Shown here: positions 28,769-38,053 of the stretch, piece after piece
How positions within the stretch are numbered: position 1 is the first letter of the stretch
How the letters are laid out: every line of letters begins with the position of its first letter
NCBI GenBank assembly: GCA_013141325.1
Contig: JABFRE010000091.1
Location: 1 to 46,575, forward strand
From: Novosphingobium sp.
GTDB taxonomy: Bacteria; Pseudomonadota; Alphaproteobacteria; Sphingomonadales; Sphingomonadaceae
Direction of reading: 5' to 3'
Length of the DNA: 46,575 nucleotides
Translations under genes and position numbers: made by a program
Notes under the pieces: model-generated
Databases searched by the model: none
What the model saw: only the letters and a program-made list of their open reading frames with translations
Told to the model about the DNA's origin: nothing

Positions 28769-28845
28769 TGGCGCGAGTGACGGGGCTCGAACCCGCGACC
28801 TTCGGCGTGACAGGCCGACACTCTAACCAACTGAGCTACACCCGC
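28769..28845 (-). tRNA. tRNA-Asp(GTC)
   Basis: GCGGGTG...TCGGC-CTGTCAC-GCCGA...GTTCGAG...CACTCGCGCCA; 77 nt. Confidence 0.97.
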
Positions 28846-28865
28846 GCAGCCACTTGGGAGAGGCG

Positions 28866-28894
28866 CCACTAGGCCAGCATCGCGGGGCTGTCAA
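28866..28894 (-). promoter_or_regulatory. sigma70-type promoter of tRNA-Asp
   Basis: TTGACA-N17-TAGTGG. Confidence 0.65.
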
Positions 28895-29067
28895 CCGCCT
28901 TCGCGAGAGCTTTTTTGCCCGTGCAACTCCCGCGCCGGAGCGGCCCGGACGGGCGCGTCGCCGCGCAATCCGGAACATGCCAAACGCGGCGTTAACCATT
29001 CCTTTGCCTGGATTTGCGATCAAGCCCCTGCACCGTCCACATCGGACGCCAACGGGGACCTGCCACC

Positions 29068-29529
29068 GTGACGACACCTCGCCCGCTCGGGATTCTGTGC
29101 GGCTTTGCCGTGCTCGCGGCTGCCACCTTCTCCGCGCCGCAAGCGGCCTCTGCCCAGCCCAATATCGCGCTGGACAGCGCCGTGTTCATCGAACGTACCA
29201 CGGCCACGCGCGGCCGGGTGCTCGAGCCGGCCCGGCAGTTCAGCCGCGGCGACCGCGTGGTCTATGTGGTCAGCTGGTACAAGCTGGGCGGCACCGGCGG
29301 CTTCGTCGTCACCAATCCCCTGCCCCGCGCAGTGACCTATCAGGGCAGCGCCTTCGACGACGAAGACGTGTCGATCGACGGGGGGCGCACCTGGGGCAAA
29401 CTTGCCGCGATGCGCGTCGGCACCCGGATCGCCACCCCGGAAGACGTCACCCATGTGCGCTGGCGGGTAGCCCCGGCGCTGGCCGCGCGCGGATCGGGGC
29501 AGATCGCCTACAGCGCCATCGTGCGTTAA
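29068..29529 (+). CDS. Hypothetical secreted protein (DUF11/Ig-like beta domain)
   Basis: Signal peptide; GDRVVYVV, VVTNPLP, VSIDGGRTWG, DVTHVRW. Confidence 0.75.
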   Translation: MTTPRPLGILCGFAVLAAATFSAPQAASAQPNIALDSAVFIERTTATRGRVLEPARQFSRGDRVVYVVSWYKLGGTGGFVVTNPLPRAVTYQGSAFDDEDVSIDGGRTWGKLAAMRVGTRIATPEDVTHVRWRVAPALAARGSGQIAYSAIVR

Positions 29530-29535
29530 GGCCGC

Positions 29536-30126
29536 CTAGCAGCCCTCGTACTTCCAGTTCCGCTTCTTGCCCTCGGTCAGCCATTTGGCGGTCTGGGCTA
29601 TACGCTTGGCACGCGTTTCCGGGCGCTTGGCCTCGGCAATCCATTCCAGATATTCGCGCCGGTGCGACGGGGCGAAGGCGGTGAACGCCGACTTGGCCTG
29701 CGGGTTCGCAGCGAGCGCGGCGGCCAGTTCGGGCGGAACGAGCAGTTCGGGTTGCGGTGCGCGGGCCGCAGCCGACGTCTTCTTCAGCGCGGTGCCTTTG
29801 GTTTCGATCCGCGCCCGTGCCTCCAGCAACCTGACGGCAAGGTCGGCGGCGGCAGGCAGATCGCCCAGTGCCCTGATCTTGCCGAACTGGCCCATCGCAT
29901 CGCCCTGACGGCCATCTCCGTGGATCATGAACGCGCAGTGCGCCTTGAAAGCCGCCATCCCGGCCAGGTTCTTGCGGCCGAGCATGAAGTGCGGCATGCC
30001 CCACTTGATCGTTTCCTCGACGTCCGGAAGCGCCGCGTGAACCACCGCGCGCAGGTGCGTCAGGATCGGCTGGGCAAAGGGCGCGGCCTCGGCAATCTTG
30101 GCATCGATGCGCGGGTCCAAGGCCAT
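29536..30126 (-). CDS. YdeI/OmpD-associated family protein (DUF1801 + OmdA domains)
   Basis: EETIKWGMPHF, AAFKAH, REYLEWIAEAKRPETRAKRI; GGAGA RBS. Confidence 0.88.
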   Translation of the reverse strand: MALDPRIDAKIAEAAPFAQPILTHLRAVVHAALPDVEETIKWGMPHFMLGRKNLAGMAAFKAHCAFMIHGDGRQGDAMGQFGKIRALGDLPAAADLAVRLLEARARIETKGTALKKTSAAARAPQPELLVPPELAAALAANPQAKSAFTAFAPSHRREYLEWIAEAKRPETRAKRIAQTAKWLTEGKKRNWKYEGC

Positions 30127-30137
30127 GGCGATCTCCG

Positions 30138-31430
30138 TCAATCCGCCAGCAGCAGCACCGGGGTTTCAATCAACCGCTTGACCGCCTGGATGAAGCTGGC
30201 CGCATCCCAGCCGTCGACCACCCGGTGATCGCAGCTGATCGAAATGTTCATCAGCTTGCGCTTGGCGATCCGTTCGCCGCCCATCCCGTCGGGCACGAAC
30301 ATCGGGCGTTCGACGATCCGGTTGGGACCGATGATCGCCACTTCCGGCCGGTTGATCACGGGTGTGGTCGCCACCCCGCCCAGCGGGCCCAGCGAGGTGA
30401 TCGTGATCGTCGATCCAGACAGTTCCTCGCTCTTCGCGCCGCCGCTGCGCGCCGCATCGGCCAGGCGGCGGATTTCGCTGGCAAGCTGCCACAGGTTCCG
30501 GTCCTGCGCATCGCGGATCACCGGCACCATCAGCCCGGCGTCGGTCTGGGTCGCCATGCCCAGATGGACGGCACCGTGGCGGGTGACCACTCCGGCTTCG
30601 TCATCATAGCGCGCGTTGAGCATCGGGAAATCAGGCAGAGTCCGGCAGATCGCCGCGATCAGTAGCGGCAGCATGGTCAGCTTGGGCCGCTCGCCATGCG
30701 CGGCGTTGAGCTGGCCGCGCAGGTCTTCCAATGCGGTAACATCGCACTCTTCCACGTAGGAGAAATGCGGAATGTTGCGCTTCGACGCTGCCATGTTCTC
30801 GGCGATGCGGCGGCGCATGCCGATGACCTTGACCGTTTCGTCCGCGCGCTTCGCGCCGGCCGCGCGCCAGGCGCCGTTATAGGCCAGGAAGGCGTCAAGA
30901 TCGGCATGCCGTAGCCGCCCACCCTCGGCCGGCTTGATCTGGGCGAGGTCGATCCCCAGCTCGGCGGCACGGGCGCGCACGGCCGGACTGGCGAGGACCT
31001 TGGCGTGGTGGGCCGGCGAAGTCGCCTGGGCCTCGACAGGCTCGGCCCGAGCGGGTGCAGCTTCGGTGAGCGGACTTGCAGGAGCAGGAGCGGCAGCCGC
31101 GGCCCGCTCAACATCCCCTGCATCGGGTGTTTCCACCTCAATCCGCTCGGCGACAGCCGCAGCTGGCGCCGCATCCTCCGCCGCATCGCCCTCAACCGCG
31201 ATCACCACCAGCGGCGAGCCGATTGCGATCATGTCGCCCTCTTCCCCGCCCACGGCGATCACGGTGCCGGTTACCGGGCTTTCCATCTCGACCGTGGCCT
31301 TGTCGGTCATGACGTCGGCGATCTTGCCGTCTTCCTCGATCCGGTCGCCGACCTTGACGTGCCAAGTGACGATTTCGGCCTCGGCGATGCCTTCGCCAAT
31401 GTCGGGAAGATTGAAGGTGAATTTGCCCAT
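30138..31430 (-). CDS. bkdB: Branched-chain 2-oxoacid dehydrogenase E2 (dihydrolipoyl acyltransferase)
   Basis: Lipoyl domain (VMTDKATVE), E3-binding ASPAVR, catalytic DHRVVDG. Confidence 0.92.
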   Translation of the reverse strand: MGKFTFNLPDIGEGIAEAEIVTWHVKVGDRIEEDGKIADVMTDKATVEMESPVTGTVIAVGGEEGDMIAIGSPLVVIAVEGDAAEDAAPAAAVAERIEVETPDAGDVERAAAAAPAPASPLTEAAPARAEPVEAQATSPAHHAKVLASPAVRARAAELGIDLAQIKPAEGGRLRHADLDAFLAYNGAWRAAGAKRADETVKVIGMRRRIAENMAASKRNIPHFSYVEECDVTALEDLRGQLNAAHGERPKLTMLPLLIAAICRTLPDFPMLNARYDDEAGVVTRHGAVHLGMATQTDAGLMVPVIRDAQDRNLWQLASEIRRLADAARSGGAKSEELSGSTITITSLGPLGGVATTPVINRPEVAIIGPNRIVERPMFVPDGMGGERIAKRKLMNISISCDHRVVDGWDAASFIQAVKRLIETPVLLLAD

Positions 31431-31433
31431 CGG

Positions 31434-32492
31434 TTACGCTTTCAGCAGACGGTCGACGGCCTCGCCAATGCGGACCGGACCGGGGAAATAGGCCCATTCA
31501 AGGCTGTGCGGATAGGGCGTATCGAACCCCGTCACCCGCTCGATCGGCGCCTCAAGGTGATAGAAGCAGCGCTCCTGGACCAGCGCGGAGAGTTCCGCAC
31601 CATAGCCGCAGGTCCGCGTCGCCTCGTGGACGATCAGGCATTTGCCGGTCTTTTCCACCGACTTCTGCACAGTCTCGATGTCGATCGGCACCAGCGTGCG
31701 CAGGTCGATGATTTCGGCATCGACGCCCTTTTCGGCCAGCACCGCCTGGGCGACGTGGATCATCGTGCCATAGGCCAGCACGGTCAGGGCCTCGCCTTCC
31801 TGCACCACCCGGGCCTTGCCCAAGGGAATCGAATAGTACCCCTCCGGCACCTCGGAATCGGGATGACGCGCCCAGGGTTCGACCGGCTTGTCATAGAAGC
31901 CGCCGAACGGGCCGTTGTAGATCCGCTTGGGCTCGAAGAAGACCACCGGATCGTTGTCCTCGATCGCGGCGATCAGCAGGCCCTTGGCATCGTGGGGGGT
32001 GCTGGGGATCACCGTCTTGATCCCGGCGACGTGGGTGAACAGCGCCTCGGGGCTTTGGCTGTGGGTCTGCCCGCCAAAGATTCCGCCGCCAAACGGCGAA
32101 CGCACGGTGATCGGCGCGATGTATTCGCCCGCAGAGCGGTAGCGCAGCCGCGCCGCTTCGCTGATCAGCTGGTCCAGCCCGGGATAGATATAGTCGGCAA
32201 ACTGGATTTCCGGCACCGGGCGCAGGCCATAGGCCGCCATGCCCACCGCCGCGCCGATGATCCCGCATTCGTTGATCGGGGTATCGAACACACGGGTCTT
32301 GCCGTGCTTTTTCTGCAGGCCCGCAGTGGCGCGGAACACGCCGCCGAAGAAGCCAACATCCTCGCCAAAAATCACCACATCGGGATCGCGCGCCATCATC
32401 ACGTCGAGCGCGTCGTTGATCGCCTCGATCATGTTGAGGCGGCGCGCCGGGGCTTCGGTCAGGGTCACGGGACCTTCCTCCAGAGCGCTCAT
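31434..32492 (-). CDS. bkdA2: Branched-chain 2-oxoacid dehydrogenase E1 beta
   Basis: GEDVGFFGGVFR, EIQFADY, HSQSPE; ATGA overlap with the E1 alpha gene. Confidence 0.93.
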   Translation of the reverse strand: MSALEEGPVTLTEAPARRLNMIEAINDALDVMMARDPDVVIFGEDVGFFGGVFRATAGLQKKHGKTRVFDTPINECGIIGAAVGMAAYGLRPVPEIQFADYIYPGLDQLISEAARLRYRSAGEYIAPITVRSPFGGGIFGGQTHSQSPEALFTHVAGIKTVIPSTPHDAKGLLIAAIEDNDPVVFFEPKRIYNGPFGGFYDKPVEPWARHPDSEVPEGYYSIPLGKARVVQEGEALTVLAYGTMIHVAQAVLAEKGVDAEIIDLRTLVPIDIETVQKSVEKTGKCLIVHEATRTCGYGAELSALVQERCFYHLEAPIERVTGFDTPYPHSLEWAYFPGPVRIGEAVDRLLKA

Positions 32493-33790
32493 GATTCCTT
32501 CCACTCCGGCCATTTGATCCGGCGTTCGCGCATGGCCTGCTGGGCCTGCTCCTCAAGGTGCCAGGGGATCTCTTCGAACACGTCCTCGAACATGGTGTGG
32601 AACGGGTGGTGCAGGCCGTGGCCGAGCACGCCGTTCTTCTCCGCTTCCTTGGTCGCCGCCTTGACCATCTCGATCAGCTCGGCGTCCATCGCCTGATGCT
32701 GTTCGACCGACCATTCGCCAAGGCCGATCAGGTGGCGCTTAAGCCGCATGATCGGATCGCCCAGCGGCCATTCCTCGCGCTCGGTGGCCGAACGGTAGGC
32801 GCTGGGATCGTCAGAGGTGGAGTGCCCCTCGGCGCGGTAGGTGAAGTGCTCGATCAGGGTCGGCCCCTTGCCCGCCCGCGCCCGGTTGGCAGCCCAGCGT
32901 ACCGCAGCATAGACCGCCAGAGCATCGTTGCCGTCGATCCGCAGGCCAGCGATGCCATAGCCCACCGCCTTCGCGGCGAAGGTGGCCCGCTCTCCCCCGG
33001 CAAAGCCCGAAAAGCTGGAGATCGCCCACTGATTGTTGACGATGTTGAACACCACCGGGGCATTGAACACCGTGGCGAAAACGAAGGCGGCGTGGGCATC
33101 GCCCTCCGCGCTCGATCCCTCGCCGATCCAGCTGGCGGCAATCCGGGTATCGCCCTTGATCGCACTGGCCATCGCCCAACCGGCCGCCTGGGGATACTGG
33201 GTGGCCAGGTTGCCGCTGATCGTGAAGAAGTTGTGCTCGCGGCTGGAATACATGATCGGCAGCTGGCGGCCCTTCAGCTTGTCCGCTCGGTTCGAATAAA
33301 TCTGGTTGATCATCTCCGTCAGCGGATAGCCCCGCGCGATCAGGATGCCCTGCTGGCGATAGGAGGGGAACACCATGTCGTCGTCGGCGAGTGCAAAGGC
33401 TGCCGCGACCGACGTTGCCTCTTCGCCGGTGCACTTCATGTAAAAGCTGGTCTTGCCCTGGCGCTGGCCCCGGTACATCCGGTCGTCGAAGGCACGGGTC
33501 AGCGCCATGGTCCGCAGCAACCGGCGCAGCGTTTCGGGATCGAGCTTGGGATCCCACGGCCCAACCGCGCGGTGGTCGTCATCCAGAACGCGGATCAGAT
33601 CGTGGCACAGCGGATGCGTATCCTCGGCCGCGCAGCCTTCGTCAGGGCGCGGCTGGGCGCCCGCCGGCGGGATCTTGAGGAATGAATAATCCACCGGATC
33701 GCCGGGGCGGAACGGCGGTTCGGGAACGTGCAACGACAGCGGCGGCAGGTTGCCGCGCGCAGCTTCGCCAATGGCAGGCCGCTTGGCCAT
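32489..33790 (-). CDS. bkdA1: Branched-chain 2-oxoacid dehydrogenase E1 alpha
   Basis: QRQGKTSFY, GRQLPIMYS, GEGSSAEGD...NNQWAIS TPP motif, HSTSDDPS. Confidence 0.93.
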   Translation of the reverse strand: MAKRPAIGEAARGNLPPLSLHVPEPPFRPGDPVDYSFLKIPPAGAQPRPDEGCAAEDTHPLCHDLIRVLDDDHRAVGPWDPKLDPETLRRLLRTMALTRAFDDRMYRGQRQGKTSFYMKCTGEEATSVAAAFALADDDMVFPSYRQQGILIARGYPLTEMINQIYSNRADKLKGRQLPIMYSSREHNFFTISGNLATQYPQAAGWAMASAIKGDTRIAASWIGEGSSAEGDAHAAFVFATVFNAPVVFNIVNNQWAISSFSGFAGGERATFAAKAVGYGIAGLRIDGNDALAVYAAVRWAANRARAGKGPTLIEHFTYRAEGHSTSDDPSAYRSATEREEWPLGDPIMRLKRHLIGLGEWSVEQHQAMDAELIEMVKAATKEAEKNGVLGHGLHHPFHTMFEDVFEEIPWHLEEQAQQAMRERRIKWPEWKES

Positions 33791-33882
33791 ATCGCGCTCT
33801 CCCGCTTCGGCGGCGCCCCATGCGCCATTGGAAGCAAATTTTAGCTGCGGGTTATTTTATTTCAAACTGGTTTCCGCGTCAA

Positions 33883-34842
33883 CTAAACCGCCACCGGCGC
33901 GCTGATCGCCGCCTGCGGGGTATAGCCGGTCACCGCAAAGTCCTCGAACCGGTAGTCGAACATGCTGTCCGGCCGCCGCAGGATTTCGAGCGTCGGTGCG
34001 CCATCAGGCTCCCGCGCCAGCTGCGCTTCGACCAGATCGGCATGGTTGAGGTACAGGTGCGTGTCGCCGCCCATCCACACCAGTTCGCCCGGCTCCAGAT
34101 CGCATTGCTGCGCCAGCATCCGGGTGAACAGCGCCGCGCCCCACAGGTTGAACGGCAGACCGAGCGCCACGTCACAGCTGCGCTGGTACAGCGCGCAGGA
34201 CAGGCGACCGTCCGCGACATGAAACTGATAGGTCTTATGGCAAGGCGGCAGGGCCATCCGGTCCAGCTCCGCCACATTCCAGCCTTCGACGATATGGCGG
34301 CGGCTGCCCGGATTGTGGCGCAGGCTGTGGGCCACGTCGGCCACCTGGTTGATACCCTGCGCGCGTTGGCGGAACAGTCCATCTCCGGCCGGTTCATAGA
34401 CCGGCCAGTTGACCCACTGCTTGCCATAGACTGGGCCGAGTTCGCCCCAGCGTGCGGCGAAATCCGCATCCTCGACGATTCGCCGCGAGAAATCCTCGCG
34501 TGAGATGTTTTCACCACTGTCCTTGCGATAGCGGTCGAGCGGCCAGTCCGTCCAGATTTCCACCCCCTGCGCACAGAGCGCGCGAATGTTGGTATCGCCG
34601 GTCAGGAACCACAGGAATTCGCGGGTCGCGGTCTTCCAGTACACCCGCTTGGTGGTGATGAGCGGCATCGCCCCGCCCGCCAGATCGAAGCGAATCTGCG
34701 CGCCAAGGACCGAACGCGTGCCCACGCCGGTTCGGTCAACGCGTTCGTTCCCTTCGGCCCAGATCCGCCGCATCAAGTTGAGATACTGCCATTCCCAATG
34801 GGCTTGTTCACGGGAATCGGTGGGGAGCGCTGCGGTTGCCAT
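33883..34842 (-). CDS. thyA: Thymidylate synthase
   Basis: DRTGVGT, LGPVYGKQW, MALPPCH, YQRSCDVALGLPFN; start ATG 34842. Confidence 0.96.
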   Translation of the reverse strand: MATAALPTDSREQAHWEWQYLNLMRRIWAEGNERVDRTGVGTRSVLGAQIRFDLAGGAMPLITTKRVYWKTATREFLWFLTGDTNIRALCAQGVEIWTDWPLDRYRKDSGENISREDFSRRIVEDADFAARWGELGPVYGKQWVNWPVYEPAGDGLFRQRAQGINQVADVAHSLRHNPGSRRHIVEGWNVAELDRMALPPCHKTYQFHVADGRLSCALYQRSCDVALGLPFNLWGAALFTRMLAQQCDLEPGELVWMGGDTHLYLNHADLVEAQLAREPDGAPTLEILRRPDSMFDYRFEDFAVTGYTPQAAISAPVAV

Positions 34843-34870
34843 AAAGTCATGGTAGCGTGAGAATGCCCGC

Positions 34871-34899
34871 TTGCCACCTGCGGAATCGCCAACTATAGG
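34871..34899 (+). promoter_or_regulatory. sigma70-type promoter of tRNA-Pro
   Basis: TTGCCA-N17-TATAGG followed by a GC-rich discriminator. Confidence 0.65.
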
Positions 34900-34958
34900 C
34901 GCGCTCCTGCCTCGCCCCTGCTTGAGTCCATAGGCTCTTGGGGGGGTGAACGATCGGT

Positions 34959-35035
34959 CGGGGAATAGCTCAGCCTGGTAGAGCACTGTCTTCGGGAGGC
35001 AGGGGCCGGAGGTTCGAATCCTCTTTCCCCGACCA
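34959..35035 (+). tRNA. tRNA-Pro(CGG)
   Basis: CGGGGAA acceptor stem, CTGTC-TTCGGGA-GGCAG anticodon arm, GTTCGAAT, CCA. Confidence 0.97.
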
Positions 35036-35079
35036 TTTCGCTCTTCGCTTGCATCGACGGGACGAGTCCCGCACTATGC

Positions 35080-35091
35080 TGCAATGCACCA
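35080..35091 (+). promoter_or_regulatory. PhaR/AniA-like operator
   Basis: TGCAATGCACCA fits TGCRNYGCASMA and lies within the near-palindrome TGCTGCAATGCACCA. Confidence 0.4.
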
Positions 35092-35112
35092 TTTTCATGA
35101 AACACTGACCGC

Positions 35113-35412
35113 ATGAGCGACAACCGCCTGCTGATGCTGGAAGCCATCGCCCGCAAGCGCACGATCGCGGCCAGCTATAATGGCCAGCGGATCGTCCTCG
35201 CCCCGCACCTCCTCTACGAACGCCACGGCGATCAGTACGTGGCGGCGCTGAATTTCGGCAAGGTCTGGCGCAGCGACGAGGCGCCGCGGCTGGGGCAGTT
35301 CAAGCTGGCCGGGCTGGCATCGGCCGAACTGCTGGACGAGAGTTTCGAACCGCTGACCTCGTTCGATGGCGCGGTTCCGCGCGAGGGCGACGTGGCGATT
35401 CTTGCGGTTTAG
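35113..35412 (+). CDS. Small standalone WYL-like domain protein
   Basis: LEAIARKRTIAASYNG...LAPHLLY...YVAA...FKLAGL pattern resembles WYL domains; no HTH. Confidence 0.65.
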   Translation: MSDNRLLMLEAIARKRTIAASYNGQRIVLAPHLLYERHGDQYVAALNFGKVWRSDEAPRLGQFKLAGLASAELLDESFEPLTSFDGAVPREGDVAILAV

Positions 35413-35418
35413 GCGGCG

Positions 35419-37479
35419 TCAGCCGCTGCGCAGCAGCTGCACGCCCCAATCGCGTTCGAACAGATAAAGCAGCAACCGCGCCGCCGCGCCGCGCGGGCCG
35501 GTCAGGCCGCCGTCGCGGTCCATCAGCAGGCGGGCGTCGTCGTGGGCCAGCGGCAGCAGGCGCTGGATCTGCTCCAGGCTGGCGACGCGGAACGGGGTGT
35601 CGCCGGACTGCCGCGTGCCCAGCAGCTCGCCCCCGCCGCGCAGTTCCAGATCCTCCTCGGCGATCCGGAATCCGTCCTGGGTTTCGCGCATCAGCGCCAG
35701 ACGGCGGCGCGCGGTTTCGGACAGGGCATCGGAGCGCAGCAGCAGGCAGGTGCTCTTCCCCTCGCCCCGCCCGACCCGACCGCGCAGCTGGTGCAGCTGG
35801 GCCAGGCCGAAACGCTCTGCCTGTTCGATCACCATCAGCGTGGCGTTCGGGACATCGACGCCGACCTCGATCACCGTGGTCGCGACCAGCAGCTTCGCCT
35901 CGCCGCAGACAAAGCGCTCCATCGCCGCGTCCTTGGCTTCGGGGCGCAGCTGGCCGTGGACCAGCACCACCGTTTCGCCGAAGCGGGCTTTGAGCGCGGC
36001 ATGGCGCGCCTCTGCGGCGGCAAGATCCTCGCTCTCAAGCTCGCGGACCATCGGGCAGACCCAATAGGCCTGCTGCCCGCTTTCCAGGTGCCGACCGATT
36101 GCGCCGACGACATCGTCGATGCGCTCGACCGCGACCACGCGGGTATCGATCGGCTGGCGGCCCGGCGGCATCTCGTCGAGCTTGGACACGTCCATCTCGC
36201 CGTACTGCGCCAGGGTCAGCGTGCGCGGGATCGGGGTGGCGGTCATCGACAGGCAGTGCGGTGTGCGCCGCCCCTTCTGCGTCAGCATCAGCCGCTGCCC
36301 CACCCCAAAGCGGTGCTGTTCGTCGATCACCACCAGTGCCAGATTGCGATAGGTCACCGCGTCCTGAAATATCGCGTGGGTGCCGACCACAATCCCGATC
36401 GACCCATCATGCAGCCCCATCAGAATCGATTCGCGCGCCTTGCCCTTGTCCCGCCCGGTCAGCAGGGCGATCTCCACACCGGTTCCAGCGGCCATCCGGG
36501 ACAGCGTTTCGTAGTGCTGGCGGGCAAGGATCTCGGTCGGGGCGAGCAGCGCGGCCTGCGCCCCGGCTTCCACCGCGATCAGCATGGCTTCGAGCGCAAC
36601 AACCGTCTTGCCCGATCCGACATCGCCCTGCAGCAGCCGCAGCATCGGCGCGCCTTGCTCCATATCGCCGGCGATCTCGTCAATCGCCCGGCGCTGAGCC
36701 TCGGTCAGCGCGAACGGCAACTGGACCCGTTCGCGCAGGTGCCCGTCGCCTTTCAGCGGCGTGCCGCTTTGCGCCCGGTTGGCGCTGCGCACCAGCATCA
36801 AGGCCAAGCTGTTTGCCAGCAGCTCGTCATAGGCCAGCCGGTCGCGTGCGGCAGGGTGATCGCCCTTGTGCGCCAGCATCAGCGCATCGCGCCAGGCCAG
36901 CCAGTGCAGCTTGTCCAGCAGGCCGGGCTCGATCCACTCCGGCAGCTCCGGGACTGTCTCCAACGCCTGCCCGACCAGCGCCGCGATCCGCCCCTGGGTC
37001 AACCCTTCCGACAGCGGATAGACCGGCTCGCACAGCTGGCCCAGCGTCGCCCCGCCTTCCTCCAGTACATGGTCGGGATGAACGATCTGGAGCAGCTGCC
37101 CGAACTGATCGAGCCGTCCGGCGATCCAGCGCCGTTCGCCCAGCGGCAACTGCTTCTTCGCCCAACCACCGTTGCGCCCGAAGTAGGTCAGCGCGCAGAT
37201 ATTGCCCGCCGCATCGCTGGCCAGCACCCGAAATGGCCCGCGCCCGACCGCGCTGCGGTATTCGACCGGAGTCAGCGCCACCACGATGTTCTCACCCACG
37301 CCGGCCTGATCGAGGTCGGTCACGGCGCGCCGTTCGACAAAGCGGTCGGGCAGGTGGTAGACAAAATCGCGGACCCGGGTGAGCCCCAGCCGCTCCAGCG
37401 GGCGGGCCAGCTGCGGGCCGACGCCTTTCAAGCTGTCGGCGGCGACAAACAGGGGGTTGAGCCGGTCGGGACGCATCAT
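35419..37479 (-). CDS. recG: ATP-dependent DNA helicase RecG
   Basis: RLLQGDVGSGKT, DEQHRFG, TATPIPRT, QLRGRVGRG, EDLELRGGGELLGTRQSG. Confidence 0.97.
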   Translation of the reverse strand: MMRPDRLNPLFVAADSLKGVGPQLARPLERLGLTRVRDFVYHLPDRFVERRAVTDLDQAGVGENIVVALTPVEYRSAVGRGPFRVLASDAAGNICALTYFGRNGGWAKKQLPLGERRWIAGRLDQFGQLLQIVHPDHVLEEGGATLGQLCEPVYPLSEGLTQGRIAALVGQALETVPELPEWIEPGLLDKLHWLAWRDALMLAHKGDHPAARDRLAYDELLANSLALMLVRSANRAQSGTPLKGDGHLRERVQLPFALTEAQRRAIDEIAGDMEQGAPMLRLLQGDVGSGKTVVALEAMLIAVEAGAQAALLAPTEILARQHYETLSRMAAGTGVEIALLTGRDKGKARESILMGLHDGSIGIVVGTHAIFQDAVTYRNLALVVIDEQHRFGVGQRLMLTQKGRRTPHCLSMTATPIPRTLTLAQYGEMDVSKLDEMPPGRQPIDTRVVAVERIDDVVGAIGRHLESGQQAYWVCPMVRELESEDLAAAEARHAALKARFGETVVLVHGQLRPEAKDAAMERFVCGEAKLLVATTVIEVGVDVPNATLMVIEQAERFGLAQLHQLRGRVGRGEGKSTCLLLRSDALSETARRRLALMRETQDGFRIAEEDLELRGGGELLGTRQSGDTPFRVASLEQIQRLLPLAHDDARLLMDRDGGLTGPRGAAARLLLYLFERDWGVQLLRSG

Positions 37480-37642
37480 GCTGTCATAGCCGTCCGCGCG
37501 CGCCTGGGGAGAGCAAATTTGCAGCGGCGATACTGCGAAACATTTTCGCGATTTGACCCAGCGCATGGACCCGCACCCCGGGCTGCCGCCTTATCGCTCT
37601 TGCCTCATCAGAAGGCGCCCAGAGCAAGCCAAGGAGAAACAG

Positions 37643-38047
37643 ATGCTGCTCCCCCACGGAACCGTCGTTGCCCTCGTCGATGGCAAGACCTTCGAACTCT
37701 ATCGCAATGCCGGTGATGAAGCGCAGCCCGATCTGGCGGCGATGGACAGCCCCAAACTGGACAGCCACAACCATTCGGCCGGCAGCCACCATTCCAGTTC
37801 TGGCAACCATGCCGGGCATCAGGTCGATGAAGACGCCCATGCCATCGCTGCGGTGAATTGGCTCAACAGCCAGGTCCTGGTCCACAAGATCGAGAAGCTG
37901 GTGGTCTTCGCCCCGCCCCGCACGCTGGGCGAAATGCGTCGCCACTATCACAAGCAGACCGAACGGGCTGTGCTCAAGGAATTTCACAAGGACCTGATCG
38001 GCAAGCAACCCGGCGAAATCATCGCCGCCATGCGCGAGAAGGATTGA
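37643..38047 (+). CDS. Host attachment protein family (AtsE / baeRF12-like)
   Basis: AGGAG RBS; VALVDG..FELYRN, LVVFAPPRTLGEMR, EFHKDL. Confidence 0.82.
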   Translation: MLLPHGTVVALVDGKTFELYRNAGDEAQPDLAAMDSPKLDSHNHSAGSHHSSSGNHAGHQVDEDAHAIAAVNWLNSQVLVHKIEKLVVFAPPRTLGEMRRHYHKQTERAVLKEFHKDLIGKQPGEIIAAMREKD

Positions 38048-38053
38048 GGTGAG

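Noticed and set aside
34843-35162. N-terminal extension of thyA to 34986 and ORF 34893..35162
   Set aside because: Both overlap tRNA-Pro and its promoter; the latter is a reverse translation of the tRNA.
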